DNA of 64,000 bases from NCBI GenBank assembly GCA_964544275.1, contig CAZIZX010000002.1, positions 96,100-160,099 of the forward strand, written 5' to 3'. Every line of letters begins with the position of its first letter. The first letter of the stretch is position 1. The DNA is from an uncultured Gammaproteobacteria bacterium. Its GTDB lineage: Bacteria; Patescibacteriota; Microgenomatia; UBA12405. Made by a program: the position numbers and the translations under genes. This document shows, piece by piece, positions 36,451 to 45,561 of this stretch. A model generated the notes under the pieces. That model ran no database searches. It was not told the origin of the DNA and saw only the letters and a list, made by a program, of their open reading frames with translations.

Positions 36451-36915
36451 CTAGAATTGAGCAGTTGAATATGTAACCATTAGTTGAGTGTCTGATTGAT
36501 TATCGTCTGGATCGATAGCGTTTATTTTGATGAGGTTGACTCCGGATTCTATATTGACTTGGAGTTCAAATTTGCCGGATTTATCGGCAGTAGTGTTGAA
36601 ATCACCTAAGGGGGTGAGGATAATTAGAAAACTATCAGGTGCGGTTGTACCGGATATTTTCAGTTTGGAGGTATCAACGACAGCATTGTCGGCTGGAGTG
36701 TCGATGGTAATGTTTGAGCTGGTGGACGAGGGACCAGTATCGGATATGGTTGATATGTCAGAACCGGAAGTTTCGGTTTCTTGGTTGGTAGCAGTTGGCG
36801 TGGGGGTGGGTTGATTCCTGGAGGAATTTTGGTTTTTGAGGGAGAAGTAGCCACCAGTAATTCCGAAGCCGAGGAGGGCACCAAGGGCGATAGCAAGGAA
36901 GAGTTCTTTTATCAT
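36451..36915 (-). CDS. hypothetical membrane-anchored protein with a Thr/Ser/Pro-rich linker
   Basis: N-terminal TM, a PTPTPTAT linker, and an Ig-like C-terminal region. Confidence 0.3.
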   Translation of the reverse strand: MIKELFLAIALGALLGFGITGGYFSLKNQNSSRNQPTPTPTATNQETETSGSDISTISDTGPSSTSSNITIDTPADNAVVDTSKLKISGTTAPDSFLIILTPLGDFNTTADKSGKFELQVNIESGVNLIKINAIDPDDNQSDTQLMVTYSTAQF

Positions 36916-36946
36916 AAGAGTTTTATGTTTTTATAAATGATAACAC

Positions 36947-37558
36947 ATGATCATTTGGAGTGGTGATAGAATTACATATATGGAAATCAGGAGAACAAGC
37001 AAGCATGCCGTTTGGTTGAAGGGTAAAAAAGAAAATGTTTTTGTCAATCCTTCGGAAGATAATTTGAAATTAAAAAAATATCAACCAACAAGGATTGTGT
37101 TGTTAACCGGGGAAGAACATGATTTTTTGGGTTTGGGTGAAGAAACGGTTATTATAAGGGGCCCGGGAGAATATGAAGTCGGTGGGGTGGAGATAGTAGG
37201 AATAAATGGTATGCATGGGTTTGTGTATGTGGTTAGCATGGATGGGGTGAGAATTGGAGTTTTGGGAGAAATCGATGAAGCTTTGTCCGACAAGAAAATT
37301 GAGAGGATAAATGCTTTGGATGTTTTGGTAGTTCCAATTAAAAATAAAAATGTGGGGACTAAACTAAAATTAGAATGGGCGAAGAAGTGGGGGGCTAATT
37401 ATGTTATACCGGTGGGATATGAAGAGGACGATGAGGAATATGGCACTTTTTTGGATGAGGCCGATAGGGAAGATGCTAAAAAAGTAGAGTTACTAAAAAT
37501 TGATAAAATCGAGGATTTGCCTGAAGGAAGGGAAGTAGTAATCCTAAAGATTCAGTAA
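36947..37558 (+). CDS. MBL-fold (UPF0173-like) hydrolase homolog with a degenerate metal-binding motif
   Basis: The layout resembles Lactamase_B_3 family proteins, but HxHxDH is replaced by GEEHDF. The likely start is the Met at 36980. Confidence 0.3.
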   Translation: MIIWSGDRITYMEIRRTSKHAVWLKGKKENVFVNPSEDNLKLKKYQPTRIVLLTGEEHDFLGLGEETVIIRGPGEYEVGGVEIVGINGMHGFVYVVSMDGVRIGVLGEIDEALSDKKIERINALDVLVVPIKNKNVGTKLKLEWAKKWGANYVIPVGYEEDDEEYGTFLDEADREDAKKVELLKIDKIEDLPEGREVVILKIQ

Positions 37559-37562
37559 AAAT

Positions 37563-38873
37563 ATGAGTGATGTAATGAGATTGCCGCCAAGTTCAGAAGA
37601 AGCAGAACTGTCTGTTTTGGGGTCAATACTGATCGATAATGATGCGATTTTGAATGTGTCTGAATTTTTGAGGCCGGAAAATTTCTATAATTTCAATAAC
37701 GGATCGATTTTTGAGGCGATGATGAAATTGTACGAGGAGAGATCGCCGATTGATATTGTGACAGTGTCGGAAAAGCTGAAGGAACTAAAGCAATTAAAAA
37801 GGATTGGTGGCAAAGCATTTTTGACAAAGTTGGCCAATGAGGTACCAACGGCAGCGAATGTGGAAAGTTACGGGCAAATTATAAAATCATTATCGGCCAA
37901 AAGAGAGTTAATAACGGCAGCGGGGAAAATAGGGGAAATGGCTTTCGATGATGGTATGGGTTCGAATGAGTTATTGGACGCGGCGGAGCAAGCAATCTTT
38001 TCATTGTCACAAAAACACTTAAAGTCAGTGCCAATATCGATAAAAGAAGTATTGACTGCAAGTTTTGACCGGTTGGATGAGCTGCAAAAAATGGGAAATG
38101 GGTTGCGGGGGGTGCCGTGCGGGTTTAAGGCATTAGATACTTTGTTAGCAGGAATGCAAAACAGTAATTTGATTATTTTGGCGGCTAGACCGGGCGTAGG
38201 GAAGACAGCTTTTGGGTTGAATATTGCTAGGCATGTGGCGGTGGAAGAAAAATTGCCGACATGTGTGTTTTCGTTGGAAATGAGCAAGGAGGAGCTGGTG
38301 GACAGGTTGTTGGTGAGGCAGGGTTTGATTGATGCTTGGAAGTTAAAAACCGGTCAATTGTCGGAGCATGATTTTGGTTCATTATCGGAAGCTATGGGAA
38401 TATTAGCTGAAGCACCGTTGTATATCGATGACACCCCAGGGTTGACGGTAACGGAATTAAGAACGAAGGCGCGCAGGTTGCAGGTGGACAAGGGAATCAA
38501 GTTTATTATTGTTGATTATTTGCAGTTGATGCATGGATTGACCCGAGATAATCGGGTCCAGGAAGTTTCGGAAATATCTCAGGGCTTGAAGAATCTAGCT
38601 AGAGAATTGGGAGTTCCGGTGCTGGCGGCGGCCCAGTTATCAAGGGCAATGGAGACGCGGGGAGGCAAGCCGAGATTGTCTGACCTGAGGGAATCGGGGA
38701 GCATAGAACAGGATGCCGATGTGGTGATGTTTCTGCATCGGGAAAATGAGGAAGTTCGGGAGATGGTGACGTGCAGTATTGAAAAACATAGAAATGGCCC
38801 TACTGGCCAATTTAATTTATTTTTCAATGGTAAACAGGTAAGTTTTTTTGATGTGGAGCAAAAGCCGGAATAA
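37563..38873 (+). CDS. dnaB: replicative DNA helicase DnaB
   Basis: N-terminal DnaB domain and RecA-like core with Walker A ARPGVGKTAF, plus the SLEMS and HRN motifs. Confidence 0.9.
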   Translation: MSDVMRLPPSSEEAELSVLGSILIDNDAILNVSEFLRPENFYNFNNGSIFEAMMKLYEERSPIDIVTVSEKLKELKQLKRIGGKAFLTKLANEVPTAANVESYGQIIKSLSAKRELITAAGKIGEMAFDDGMGSNELLDAAEQAIFSLSQKHLKSVPISIKEVLTASFDRLDELQKMGNGLRGVPCGFKALDTLLAGMQNSNLIILAARPGVGKTAFGLNIARHVAVEEKLPTCVFSLEMSKEELVDRLLVRQGLIDAWKLKTGQLSEHDFGSLSEAMGILAEAPLYIDDTPGLTVTELRTKARRLQVDKGIKFIIVDYLQLMHGLTRDNRVQEVSEISQGLKNLARELGVPVLAAAQLSRAMETRGGKPRLSDLRESGSIEQDADVVMFLHRENEEVREMVTCSIEKHRNGPTGQFNLFFNGKQVSFFDVEQKPE

Positions 38874-38904
38874 ATAAAAGTTTGGTATACTAGGTAAGTT
38901 TTTG

Positions 38905-38988
38905 GCCGGAGTGGCGGAATTGGTAGACGCGCACGACTCAAAATCGTGTGACAGCAATGTCATCTGGGTTCGATTCCCGGCTTCGGCA
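38905..38988 (+). tRNA. tRNA-Leu (anticodon CAA), class II long variable arm
   Basis: Manual cloverleaf. Acceptor GCCGGAG/CTTCGGC, anticodon stem CACGA/TCGTG with loop CTCAAAA, variable arm GACAgcaaTGTC, T-arm CTGGG-TTCGATT-CCCGG. Confidence 0.8.
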
Positions 38989-39027
38989 CATATAAAAAAG
39001 GGTGGGGATATTATAGAATATATATAG

Positions 39028-39714
39028 ATGCAAATTGGAATATTAAAAGCTATAGGTGTGGTTGTTTTTTTGTATCTTACCTGGAGGAATTCCAAGGAAA
39101 ACTATGGTGATGAGAAATTGATTTCGTATTCGTGGTTAAGTTTGCTGGTTTTTTTGGTAGGCGGGAGATTGACGTATGGCTTGCTTAATTTTGGGGCGTG
39201 GAATGATTCGATAGCAAATTGGTTTTTGGTTTGGCAGAAGCCGGGAATGAACTATATCGGGGCGTATTTGTTCTGGGTTCTAGCGTCGATAATATACGCG
39301 CAAAAAAACGAGTGGAGAGTGTGGTCATTTTTGGAGGAAAGTATCGGTAACTTTGGAATATTTATTCTATTTATTATGGCAGATGAGATATTGCGGGGTG
39401 GGGGAGAAAGTTTGGGGTTGCAAGTTTTGCTGCTGTTGGTGGGAACAGGTATTTTAACGGTGGTTTTGGGCAAGAAATATAGATCGTTTGTGTGGTATAG
39501 AAGCGGGAAAAAGGGATTTTTGTTTTTCTTTTCGAACATGATATTTTGGTTTTTGATGGTAATTAGGGCGTTTATATTTAAAGATGGGTTTCAGCCTTGG
39601 GGGTTGTACCTAACTTTGTGTTTGATTTCTGTGGCGGGATTGTTTATTCTAGGAGAAGTGTTTGGCCAATTATCGTTATTGTTTGTCGGGAAAAGGAGAA
39701 AAAATGAAAAATGA
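39028..39714 (+). CDS. lgt: Lgt-like polytopic membrane protein (prolipoprotein diacylglyceryl transferase-like)
   Basis: VFLVGGRLTYGLLNFGAW resembles the Lgt signature GGRIGYVLF. 6-7 TM segments. Sits in a cluster with lspA. Confidence 0.4.
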   Translation: MQIGILKAIGVVVFLYLTWRNSKENYGDEKLISYSWLSLLVFLVGGRLTYGLLNFGAWNDSIANWFLVWQKPGMNYIGAYLFWVLASIIYAQKNEWRVWSFLEESIGNFGIFILFIMADEILRGGGESLGLQVLLLLVGTGILTVVLGKKYRSFVWYRSGKKGFLFFFSNMIFWFLMVIRAFIFKDGFQPWGLYLTLCLISVAGLFILGEVFGQLSLLFVGKRRKNEK

Positions 39715-40084
39715 TAAGAGTCACGGAAACTTGACATTTCCCAGTCGATTAATTAATCCGATAAGAAAATTTTTGGAAGATGAAATAGTTTTACTGAAGA
39801 GAAGGCAAAAAAATATTAAGGCCGGAGATCCTTTTGTAAATGAAGACAGAAGCGGGGAAAACTCACTGGAGGAGGATGTTGACGAGCAACTGGGTCATTT
39901 TGAGGCTGAAGTTAAGTCTAATTTTATCGGAAAACAACTGGTCCAACTCCGAAAAGCGTTAACACGGATTAAGTTGGGGAAGTATGGAATGTGTGAAAAT
40001 TGTGGCAAAATGATAGATACTGACAGGTTGGCCGCTAAGCCTGACACCACTATTTGTATAGATTGTGAAAAAGAGCAGGAATAG
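39704..40084 (+). CDS. DksA/TraR-family C4 zinc-finger protein
   Basis: C-terminal CENCGKMIDTDRLAAKPDTTICIDCE and an upstream coiled coil. The ORF opens at 39662 and overlaps lgt; a start at the Met at 39704 was chosen. Confidence 0.55.
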   Translation: MKNDKSHGNLTFPSRLINPIRKFLEDEIVLLKRRQKNIKAGDPFVNEDRSGENSLEEDVDEQLGHFEAEVKSNFIGKQLVQLRKALTRIKLGKYGMCENCGKMIDTDRLAAKPDTTICIDCEKEQE

Positions 40085-40454
40085 TCGATGGGCGAAATGG
40101 CTGGTATCAGCCATTTTCTGGTATGGAGTACATGAACTAATTTGGGGGAGTGTTGGAGTAGATGGGGGAGTGAAAAATAGCGGAATGAGTTTCGGTTGGC
40201 TGAATGATGCTTGGTGGTTGGTGCTGGTGGCGTTTATTGTCTTTTTTATTTACTTTCGAAGAGAGAAAAGGGTGGGTTTCTGGCTGGTTTTGATGGGTGG
40301 GGCGGCAAACTTAGTCGACAGGTTCAGGTTTGGGTATGTAAGGGATTATTGGTTATTGTCGAGGCTGGGTTTGTACAATAATATAAACGACTGGCTTATT
40401 ACAATTGGAGCTGTTATGTTTATTTATAGCTTATGGAAAAGCAGATTAAAATAA
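40065..40454 (+). CDS. lspA: lipoprotein signal peptidase (signal peptidase II)
   Basis: 4-TM small protein with the LspA-like motifs GMSFGWLN, GGAANLVDR and NNINDWLITIG. Confidence 0.6.
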   Translation: MKKSRNSRWAKWLVSAIFWYGVHELIWGSVGVDGGVKNSGMSFGWLNDAWWLVLVAFIVFFIYFRREKRVGFWLVLMGGAANLVDRFRFGYVRDYWLLSRLGLYNNINDWLITIGAVMFIYSLWKSRLK

Positions 40455-41113
40455 TTTTTGAGGATGATTATTTGATGGTAATAGATAAGCCCGATGGGGT
40501 AGTTGCCACCGAAGAGGGGCGGACCAATGAGCAGATTACGGTGGAAGACTGGTCAAGCCGGGTTATGAAAGTGGCGGTGGAGAGGGGTGGCGTGGTTCAC
40601 CGACTGGACAAAGACACAACCGGTCTATTATTGGTAGCCAAGAAAAGTGAAGTTTGGAGAAAGCTTAAGGGGCAGTTTAAGAGGAGGCAGGTAGAGAAAA
40701 AATATTTGGCGTTGGCGTCAGGAGATTTGCCGCTTAAGGGTCAAATAAATGTGCCGGTGGGGAGATCGAAATATGTTTTTGGGAAATTTGGAGTGAGACC
40801 GGAGGGGAAGGCAGCTATGACATGCTTTTCTACTTTAGCGAAGTATCGGATGGAAGGGAGAATTTACAGCCTGATTGAGGTGAACTTGGTGACCGGCAGG
40901 ACTCACCAAATTAGAGTTCACATGTCATATATGGGTTGGCCATTGGCTGGCGATAGAAATTATGGAGGAAAGGAGGTTGGTGGACTAAAAAGACAATTTT
41001 TGCATGCATATAAAATCAGTTTTGACCATCCGATGTCGGGCGAGAAAATGAGTTTTGAATCTCAGCTGCCGGATGACCTGAAGGAGTTAATTAATAAGAG
41101 TGAAAAAGTATAA
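40433..41113 (+). CDS. RluA/RluD-family pseudouridine synthase (no S4 domain)
   Basis: Catalytic-Asp motif HRLDKDTTGLLLVAK and the RluA-family core. Confidence 0.8.
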   Translation: MEKQIKIIFEDDYLMVIDKPDGVVATEEGRTNEQITVEDWSSRVMKVAVERGGVVHRLDKDTTGLLLVAKKSEVWRKLKGQFKRRQVEKKYLALASGDLPLKGQINVPVGRSKYVFGKFGVRPEGKAAMTCFSTLAKYRMEGRIYSLIEVNLVTGRTHQIRVHMSYMGWPLAGDRNYGGKEVGGLKRQFLHAYKISFDHPMSGEKMSFESQLPDDLKELINKSEKV

Positions 41114-41945
41114 ATATATAATGCCGGTTTTGGTTATTTTGGTGTTGGCGGGTTTGGGCGTTTTGGCTTTTGATAGAGTTTATAATGATGTATGGGATGG
41201 TAAAAATGATTTAAAGCTGGGAGTAATAAGTAAAGACAGACTGGCGTTGGTGTCGGTGTCGAGCGAGAGGAAAATGATCAATGTAATGAAATTGGACGGG
41301 AAGGTGATGGTGTGGATTCCAAAAGGTCTGAGCTGGTATCAGGCTGATCGGGTCGAGAGGCTTTTGGGTTTGGAAAAAGACGGCGATGAACTGGCGAGAT
41401 TATTATTTTTTTATAACTTTGGATTTATCAGCGATAAGATTGTGTATCTAGAGGAGGTTGATGACTGGCGGAACGACAAGGTATTACTAGAAGAAATTGG
41501 CCTGATTAACTGGGTCAGGTTTCGGCGGATGAGTGGAGAGATGTTATATAAGGAGGAAAACGTGACTGAGAATTTAGCGGATGAGGCGATCTTACTGGAT
41601 GAGGTTATGATGCGTGATTTTGCTGATAATAGGGTACTTAAGGGAGATTTAAGAATTAATACGATGAATACGACGGAGATTTCGGGACTGGCAAATTTTT
41701 TGGCGACTAAATTGGAGTGGGCCGGTTTTTCGGTGATCGGTGTGGATAATGTCGAAGCTGAGGTGAAAAATTGTTTGATGGTAAAAGGTGAGAATAGCGA
41801 AAATGAGTATTCCCTGAAAGTCCTGGAGAGTATTTTGGGTTGTCAGGTGAGTGAGAGTAAGGGTGGACAACATGAAACAGAGTTGTATTTTGGAGAGGGT
41901 TTCGCGGAAATGTTAAAATATTCAAGCTATGTCAGGACATTCTAA
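41100..41945 (+). CDS. membrane-anchored protein with LytR_C-like C-terminal domain (LCP-related)
   Basis: N-terminal TM segment. C-terminal LRINTMNTTEISGLANFLATKLEWAGFSVIGVDNVEAEV fits the LytR_C pattern. Confidence 0.35.
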   Translation: MKKYKYIMPVLVILVLAGLGVLAFDRVYNDVWDGKNDLKLGVISKDRLALVSVSSERKMINVMKLDGKVMVWIPKGLSWYQADRVERLLGLEKDGDELARLLFFYNFGFISDKIVYLEEVDDWRNDKVLLEEIGLINWVRFRRMSGEMLYKEENVTENLADEAILLDEVMMRDFADNRVLKGDLRINTMNTTEISGLANFLATKLEWAGFSVIGVDNVEAEVKNCLMVKGENSENEYSLKVLESILGCQVSESKGGQHETELYFGEGFAEMLKYSSYVRTF

Positions 41946-42642
41946 GTGGGCAAATATCAAACAGAGGAAGGGTTCGCAGGATAAAAAAAGAAGCGAGTCT
42001 TTTACCCGGGTAGCGAAAGATATCCTAACGGCGATTAGATTGGGTGGTGGGGTGACTAATTCGGAGACGAATAGCTATTTGAAGAAGGCTATCGACAAAG
42101 CTCGAGAAGTAAATATGCCAAAGGAAAATGTTGCCAGGCTAATTGATAGTTTTGAGGCCAAAAAGGCGAAGTTGAGTAATTATATATTGGAAGGATACGG
42201 GTCTTTTGGAGTTCCTTTGGTAATCGAAGTGGAGACTGACAACAAGAACAGAATTTTGGCTGAAGTGAAGTCAGCTTTGAAAGTTTATGGCGGTAGTTTG
42301 GGTGAAACCAATTCGGTTATGTATCAATTTGAAAAAAGGGGTGAAGTTGAACTGGAAAGTATTAATGATGAGGACCAATTAACGTTGATTGATTGGGGGG
42401 CACAGGATTTTGACGAAAATATAGTGATTGTAAATCCGGGCGAGTTGGGTGATCTGGTCAAAAAGTTGGAGTCAAGTGGAAAAAATGTGGTGAGAGCGGA
42501 GGTGGTGTTGAGATCGAGTATGCCAGTGATGCTGAAGAGTGAAGATGAGTTAAACAGAGTTCTGGATTTGATGGCCGATTTGGAGGAGAATGAAGATGTG
42601 ATAAATGTTTTTGCCGGTTTTGATTATGAACAAAAGGATTAA
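41929..42642 (+). CDS. yebC: YebC/PmpR-family transcriptional regulator
   Basis: MSGHSKWANIKQRKG N-terminus and the conserved YebC body. Confidence 0.85.
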   Translation: MSGHSKWANIKQRKGSQDKKRSESFTRVAKDILTAIRLGGGVTNSETNSYLKKAIDKAREVNMPKENVARLIDSFEAKKAKLSNYILEGYGSFGVPLVIEVETDNKNRILAEVKSALKVYGGSLGETNSVMYQFEKRGEVELESINDEDQLTLIDWGAQDFDENIVIVNPGELGDLVKKLESSGKNVVRAEVVLRSSMPVMLKSEDELNRVLDLMADLEENEDVINVFAGFDYEQKD

Positions 42643-43411
42643 GTATTTATTGTCGTCATTATTGTCGGCTTTTGGGTTTTTCCTTTTGATAACTTTACCG
42701 TATGAATCCCATTATTATGGTCTGTTTGCGGGAATTGTTTTGATTTCGGTGTGTTTCTGGTTTGGTTTGGGGATAATTTTTGAAAAGGATTGGTTTAACA
42801 AGATGATGTCGACAATTTTGCCAGTATGTTTTTTTGTTGGTTCCGGGTTGTTTGTGGCGTTATTACCGTTAAATATGGTGGGATCTTTATTTTTGAGTGT
42901 GTTGTTCGGGGTGGTTTGTTACGTCATATTTTTGGTGGAAAATGTATTTTTGGTGGCAATTGGATATAAAACGGTGCCTTTGTATCGGGCGGCTTACACG
43001 GTGAGCTTGATAATACTTTTGCTGTGTTCATTTTTGCTGTTTAACAGCGTTTTTTCTTTCAGGTTTAACTATGGAATAAATATGCTTTTAGTGTTTTTGG
43101 TGTCGATATTGGTGTATTTGTACCAGTTTTGGGCAATAGCTATTGAACTGCCCGATGATGGTAGAGGGAAGAATATAATTGTCTACGTTTTGGTACCGGC
43201 ATTGCTGATGGCTGAGTTATCTTTGGTCTTTTCTTTTTGGCCCGTAGGTATTTTTAAGGGCTCAATCTATCTGGTGTCAGCGATTTATGTCTTGAGCGGA
43301 CTTTTGCAGGCTGATATTAGAGATCGGTTGTTTAAGAGGACCTGGCTATCGAATATTTGGATTGGGGTGGCTATACTTCTGGGCGTAGTGATAATGACCA
43401 GGTGGAAATAA
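42605..43411 (+). CDS. hypothetical polytopic membrane protein
   Basis: About 8 predicted TM helices. No motif recognised. Confidence 0.35.
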   Translation: MFLPVLIMNKRIKYLLSSLLSAFGFFLLITLPYESHYYGLFAGIVLISVCFWFGLGIIFEKDWFNKMMSTILPVCFFVGSGLFVALLPLNMVGSLFLSVLFGVVCYVIFLVENVFLVAIGYKTVPLYRAAYTVSLIILLLCSFLLFNSVFSFRFNYGINMLLVFLVSILVYLYQFWAIAIELPDDGRGKNIIVYVLVPALLMAELSLVFSFWPVGIFKGSIYLVSAIYVLSGLLQADIRDRLFKRTWLSNIWIGVAILLGVVIMTRWK

Positions 43412-43614
43412 ATATAAATTATACCTAAAGATAGGTTAAAACTTAATATTTGTGATTTAGAAAGGGGATTGTAGGTGAGTTGAAGCAGCTTTAGGGTTTG
43501 GTTTAGATGAAAGTTCGTGAGTGAGGTTTTGCGGTTAGTTGTGGCAATGATTTAGCGGGATTTGGGATAAAAACTGGGAAAAATATTTTGACAAGGGTGG
43601 GAGAGTAGGGAAGT

Positions 43615-43650
43615 GTCCTATAATATTTATATCCTATAATAATATTATTT
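43615..43650. repeat. bipartite CCTATAATA...CCTATAATAATATTATT motif with a palindromic AATAATATTATT core, upstream of the recombinase gene
   Basis: Seen in sequence. Related copies occur at 45382-45404 and 45478-45519. Confidence 0.45.
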
Positions 43651-44271
43651 TCACGGTATTGGTAATAATTTTCACATAATTATATGATATACAATGATAT
43701 AGTCTGTGTGGAAAAGTTAGAGGATGATGAATGTATCAGGAGAAGTGCTTGTTTGTAGTGAGAGTAGAGGGGGTAAGCAGTCAAATAACAAGCAAGCGAA
43801 GAAAATTAAAAAAGTAATAAAGTGGATGTGTTGGTAAGTGATAATATATACCTTCCCTAAGCAGGAGGAGGGTATCTTTGCTATGTCGCACAATGTATCT
43901 TTTACGACTAGGAAGCTGGAAAAAGGGAGGGGAGGTAGCGTGGATTTATTTTCTAAATTATTTAAAAATAGTTCCTGGTATTTTGGTAATTAAAGTTTTG
44001 GGGATTTTAAAAATGGCATTATTTGTCCTCTGGCGACTTTGGATCCATCTCAAATTGTCAGGCATAAATTTGATTTTTGACTCCCCTGAAGAGAAAATCC
44101 GGGGATATAGATAAAAATAACGAAAAGATAGGTAAAAAATGATATGACTTCACCAGAGGCTCTGTAATTAAAGATTTGAACAAAATGATATTCAGTATCC
44201 TTGGTTTTGGTAAATTTGAGCTAAGTTCGACAAAAATTGTGACAAACAAATAAAACTGTTAAGATGAAGTT

Positions 44272-45207
44272 ATGGAAAATGATTTAAGAGTTCTTGTTAG
44301 AAGATTTTTGGAATATCTGGAAGTGGAAAGAAACTGCTCGAAATTAACAATCAGGAATTATGAGCACTATCTTGATGTATTACTAAATTATTTGTCAGAG
44401 GGAAAAGAAGAAAAGGTTTTGACGATTTTTGATGTGAACGTTGAGAGTGTGAGGAAGTTTCGATTATATTTGAGCCGGCAGAAAGGAGTCAAGGGAGAAA
44501 TGAAACCGGTAACTCAGGGGTATTATATTATTGCTCTAAGGTCGTTGCTGAAGTGGTTGGTGAAGAATGATTATGTGGTTTTGCAGCCGGAAAAGTTGGA
44601 AGTACCAAAGAGTAAAGATCATTCATTAAAGTTTTTGGACGATAGTCAGATGGACAGGCTTTTGGGACAGCCGTTGTCGTCAACGATTAATGGCCTGCGG
44701 GATAAGGTGATATTGGAATTATTGTTTTCTACGGGCTTGAGGGTGTCGGAGTTGGTGTCCTTGGATCGGGATCAGGTAGATTTAGCGACGCGTGAGTTTG
44801 GGGTTGTGGGCAAGGGTGGTAGGTCGCGAGTGGTATTTATTTCGAAAAGAGCAGCTGATTACATGGATAAATACTTAAAAAACCGAAGGGATCACTTCAG
44901 ACCGCTGTTTATTCGGTATTCGGGTAAAAGAGATGTGGTCGTCAGTGACCAAGGTATGAGGTTGACAGTAAGATCGGTGCAGAGATTGGTCAAAAAATAT
45001 GTTAGGCAGGCTCGCCTACCGGTTGAGGCCACACCCCATACTTTGAGGCATTCGATGGCGACTGATTTGTTGAGGGCCGGAGCCGATTTGAGATCGGTGC
45101 AGGAAATATTGGGACACAAAAATATTGCCACCACTCAAATTTATACCCACGTGACAGATGCCCGGCTGAGGGAAATTCATGAAAAATTTCATAAAGGTAA
45201 TAAATAA
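44272..45207 (+). CDS. XerC/XerD-like tyrosine site-specific recombinase
   Basis: Catalytic residues in context: R (GLRVSEL), HxxR (HTLRHS) and Y (TTQIYTHV). N-terminal SAM-like core-binding domain. Confidence 0.8.
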   Translation: MENDLRVLVRRFLEYLEVERNCSKLTIRNYEHYLDVLLNYLSEGKEEKVLTIFDVNVESVRKFRLYLSRQKGVKGEMKPVTQGYYIIALRSLLKWLVKNDYVVLQPEKLEVPKSKDHSLKFLDDSQMDRLLGQPLSSTINGLRDKVILELLFSTGLRVSELVSLDRDQVDLATREFGVVGKGGRSRVVFISKRAADYMDKYLKNRRDHFRPLFIRYSGKRDVVVSDQGMRLTVRSVQRLVKKYVRQARLPVEATPHTLRHSMATDLLRAGADLRSVQEILGHKNIATTQIYTHVTDARLREIHEKFHKGNK

Positions 45208-45381
45208 AAGGTGGTGCCGGGCAGTATCCTTATAGTAGTGGTTTAGCAGGAGATGTCAGTGTACGAATGCAATTGTGATGTGTACTAGTTACTTATGGTT
45301 TAATTTATCCGTATCTTAGGTTAATATATAAATTGTGTGCCTGATTAGCAGTAGTGGTTGGTAACTGCTAATATCCCCCAC

Positions 45382-45519
45382 CCTATAGTTAATGACCTAT
45401 AATTTTGATACGACTCCCCTACCCTACCGATTTATTAAATAAAAAATTTAGCCAAAAGTGTGAACAATATTATTAATTGTCCTATAGTAATTGGTGCATT
45501 AATCCTATAATATTATTAG
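45382..45519. repeat. two further bipartite CCTATAGT..CCTATAAT motif pairs plus CCCCTACCCTA-type C-rich repeats between the recombinase and the gyrA 3' end
   Basis: CCCTATAGTTAATGACCTATAAT at 45382-45404. TGTCCTATAGTAATTGGTGCATTAATCCTATAATATTATTAG at 45478-45519, which contains the palindrome ATAATATTAT. Confidence 0.45.
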
Positions 45520-45561
45520 TCCCCTACTCTGATTACTAAGATGGTGACAGTCTAAGGAAGT

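Noticed and set aside
43878-44114. 78-aa ORF in the AT-rich region upstream of the recombinase.
   Set aside because: Low-complexity Leu/Ile-rich translation in non-coding-looking DNA, with no RBS.
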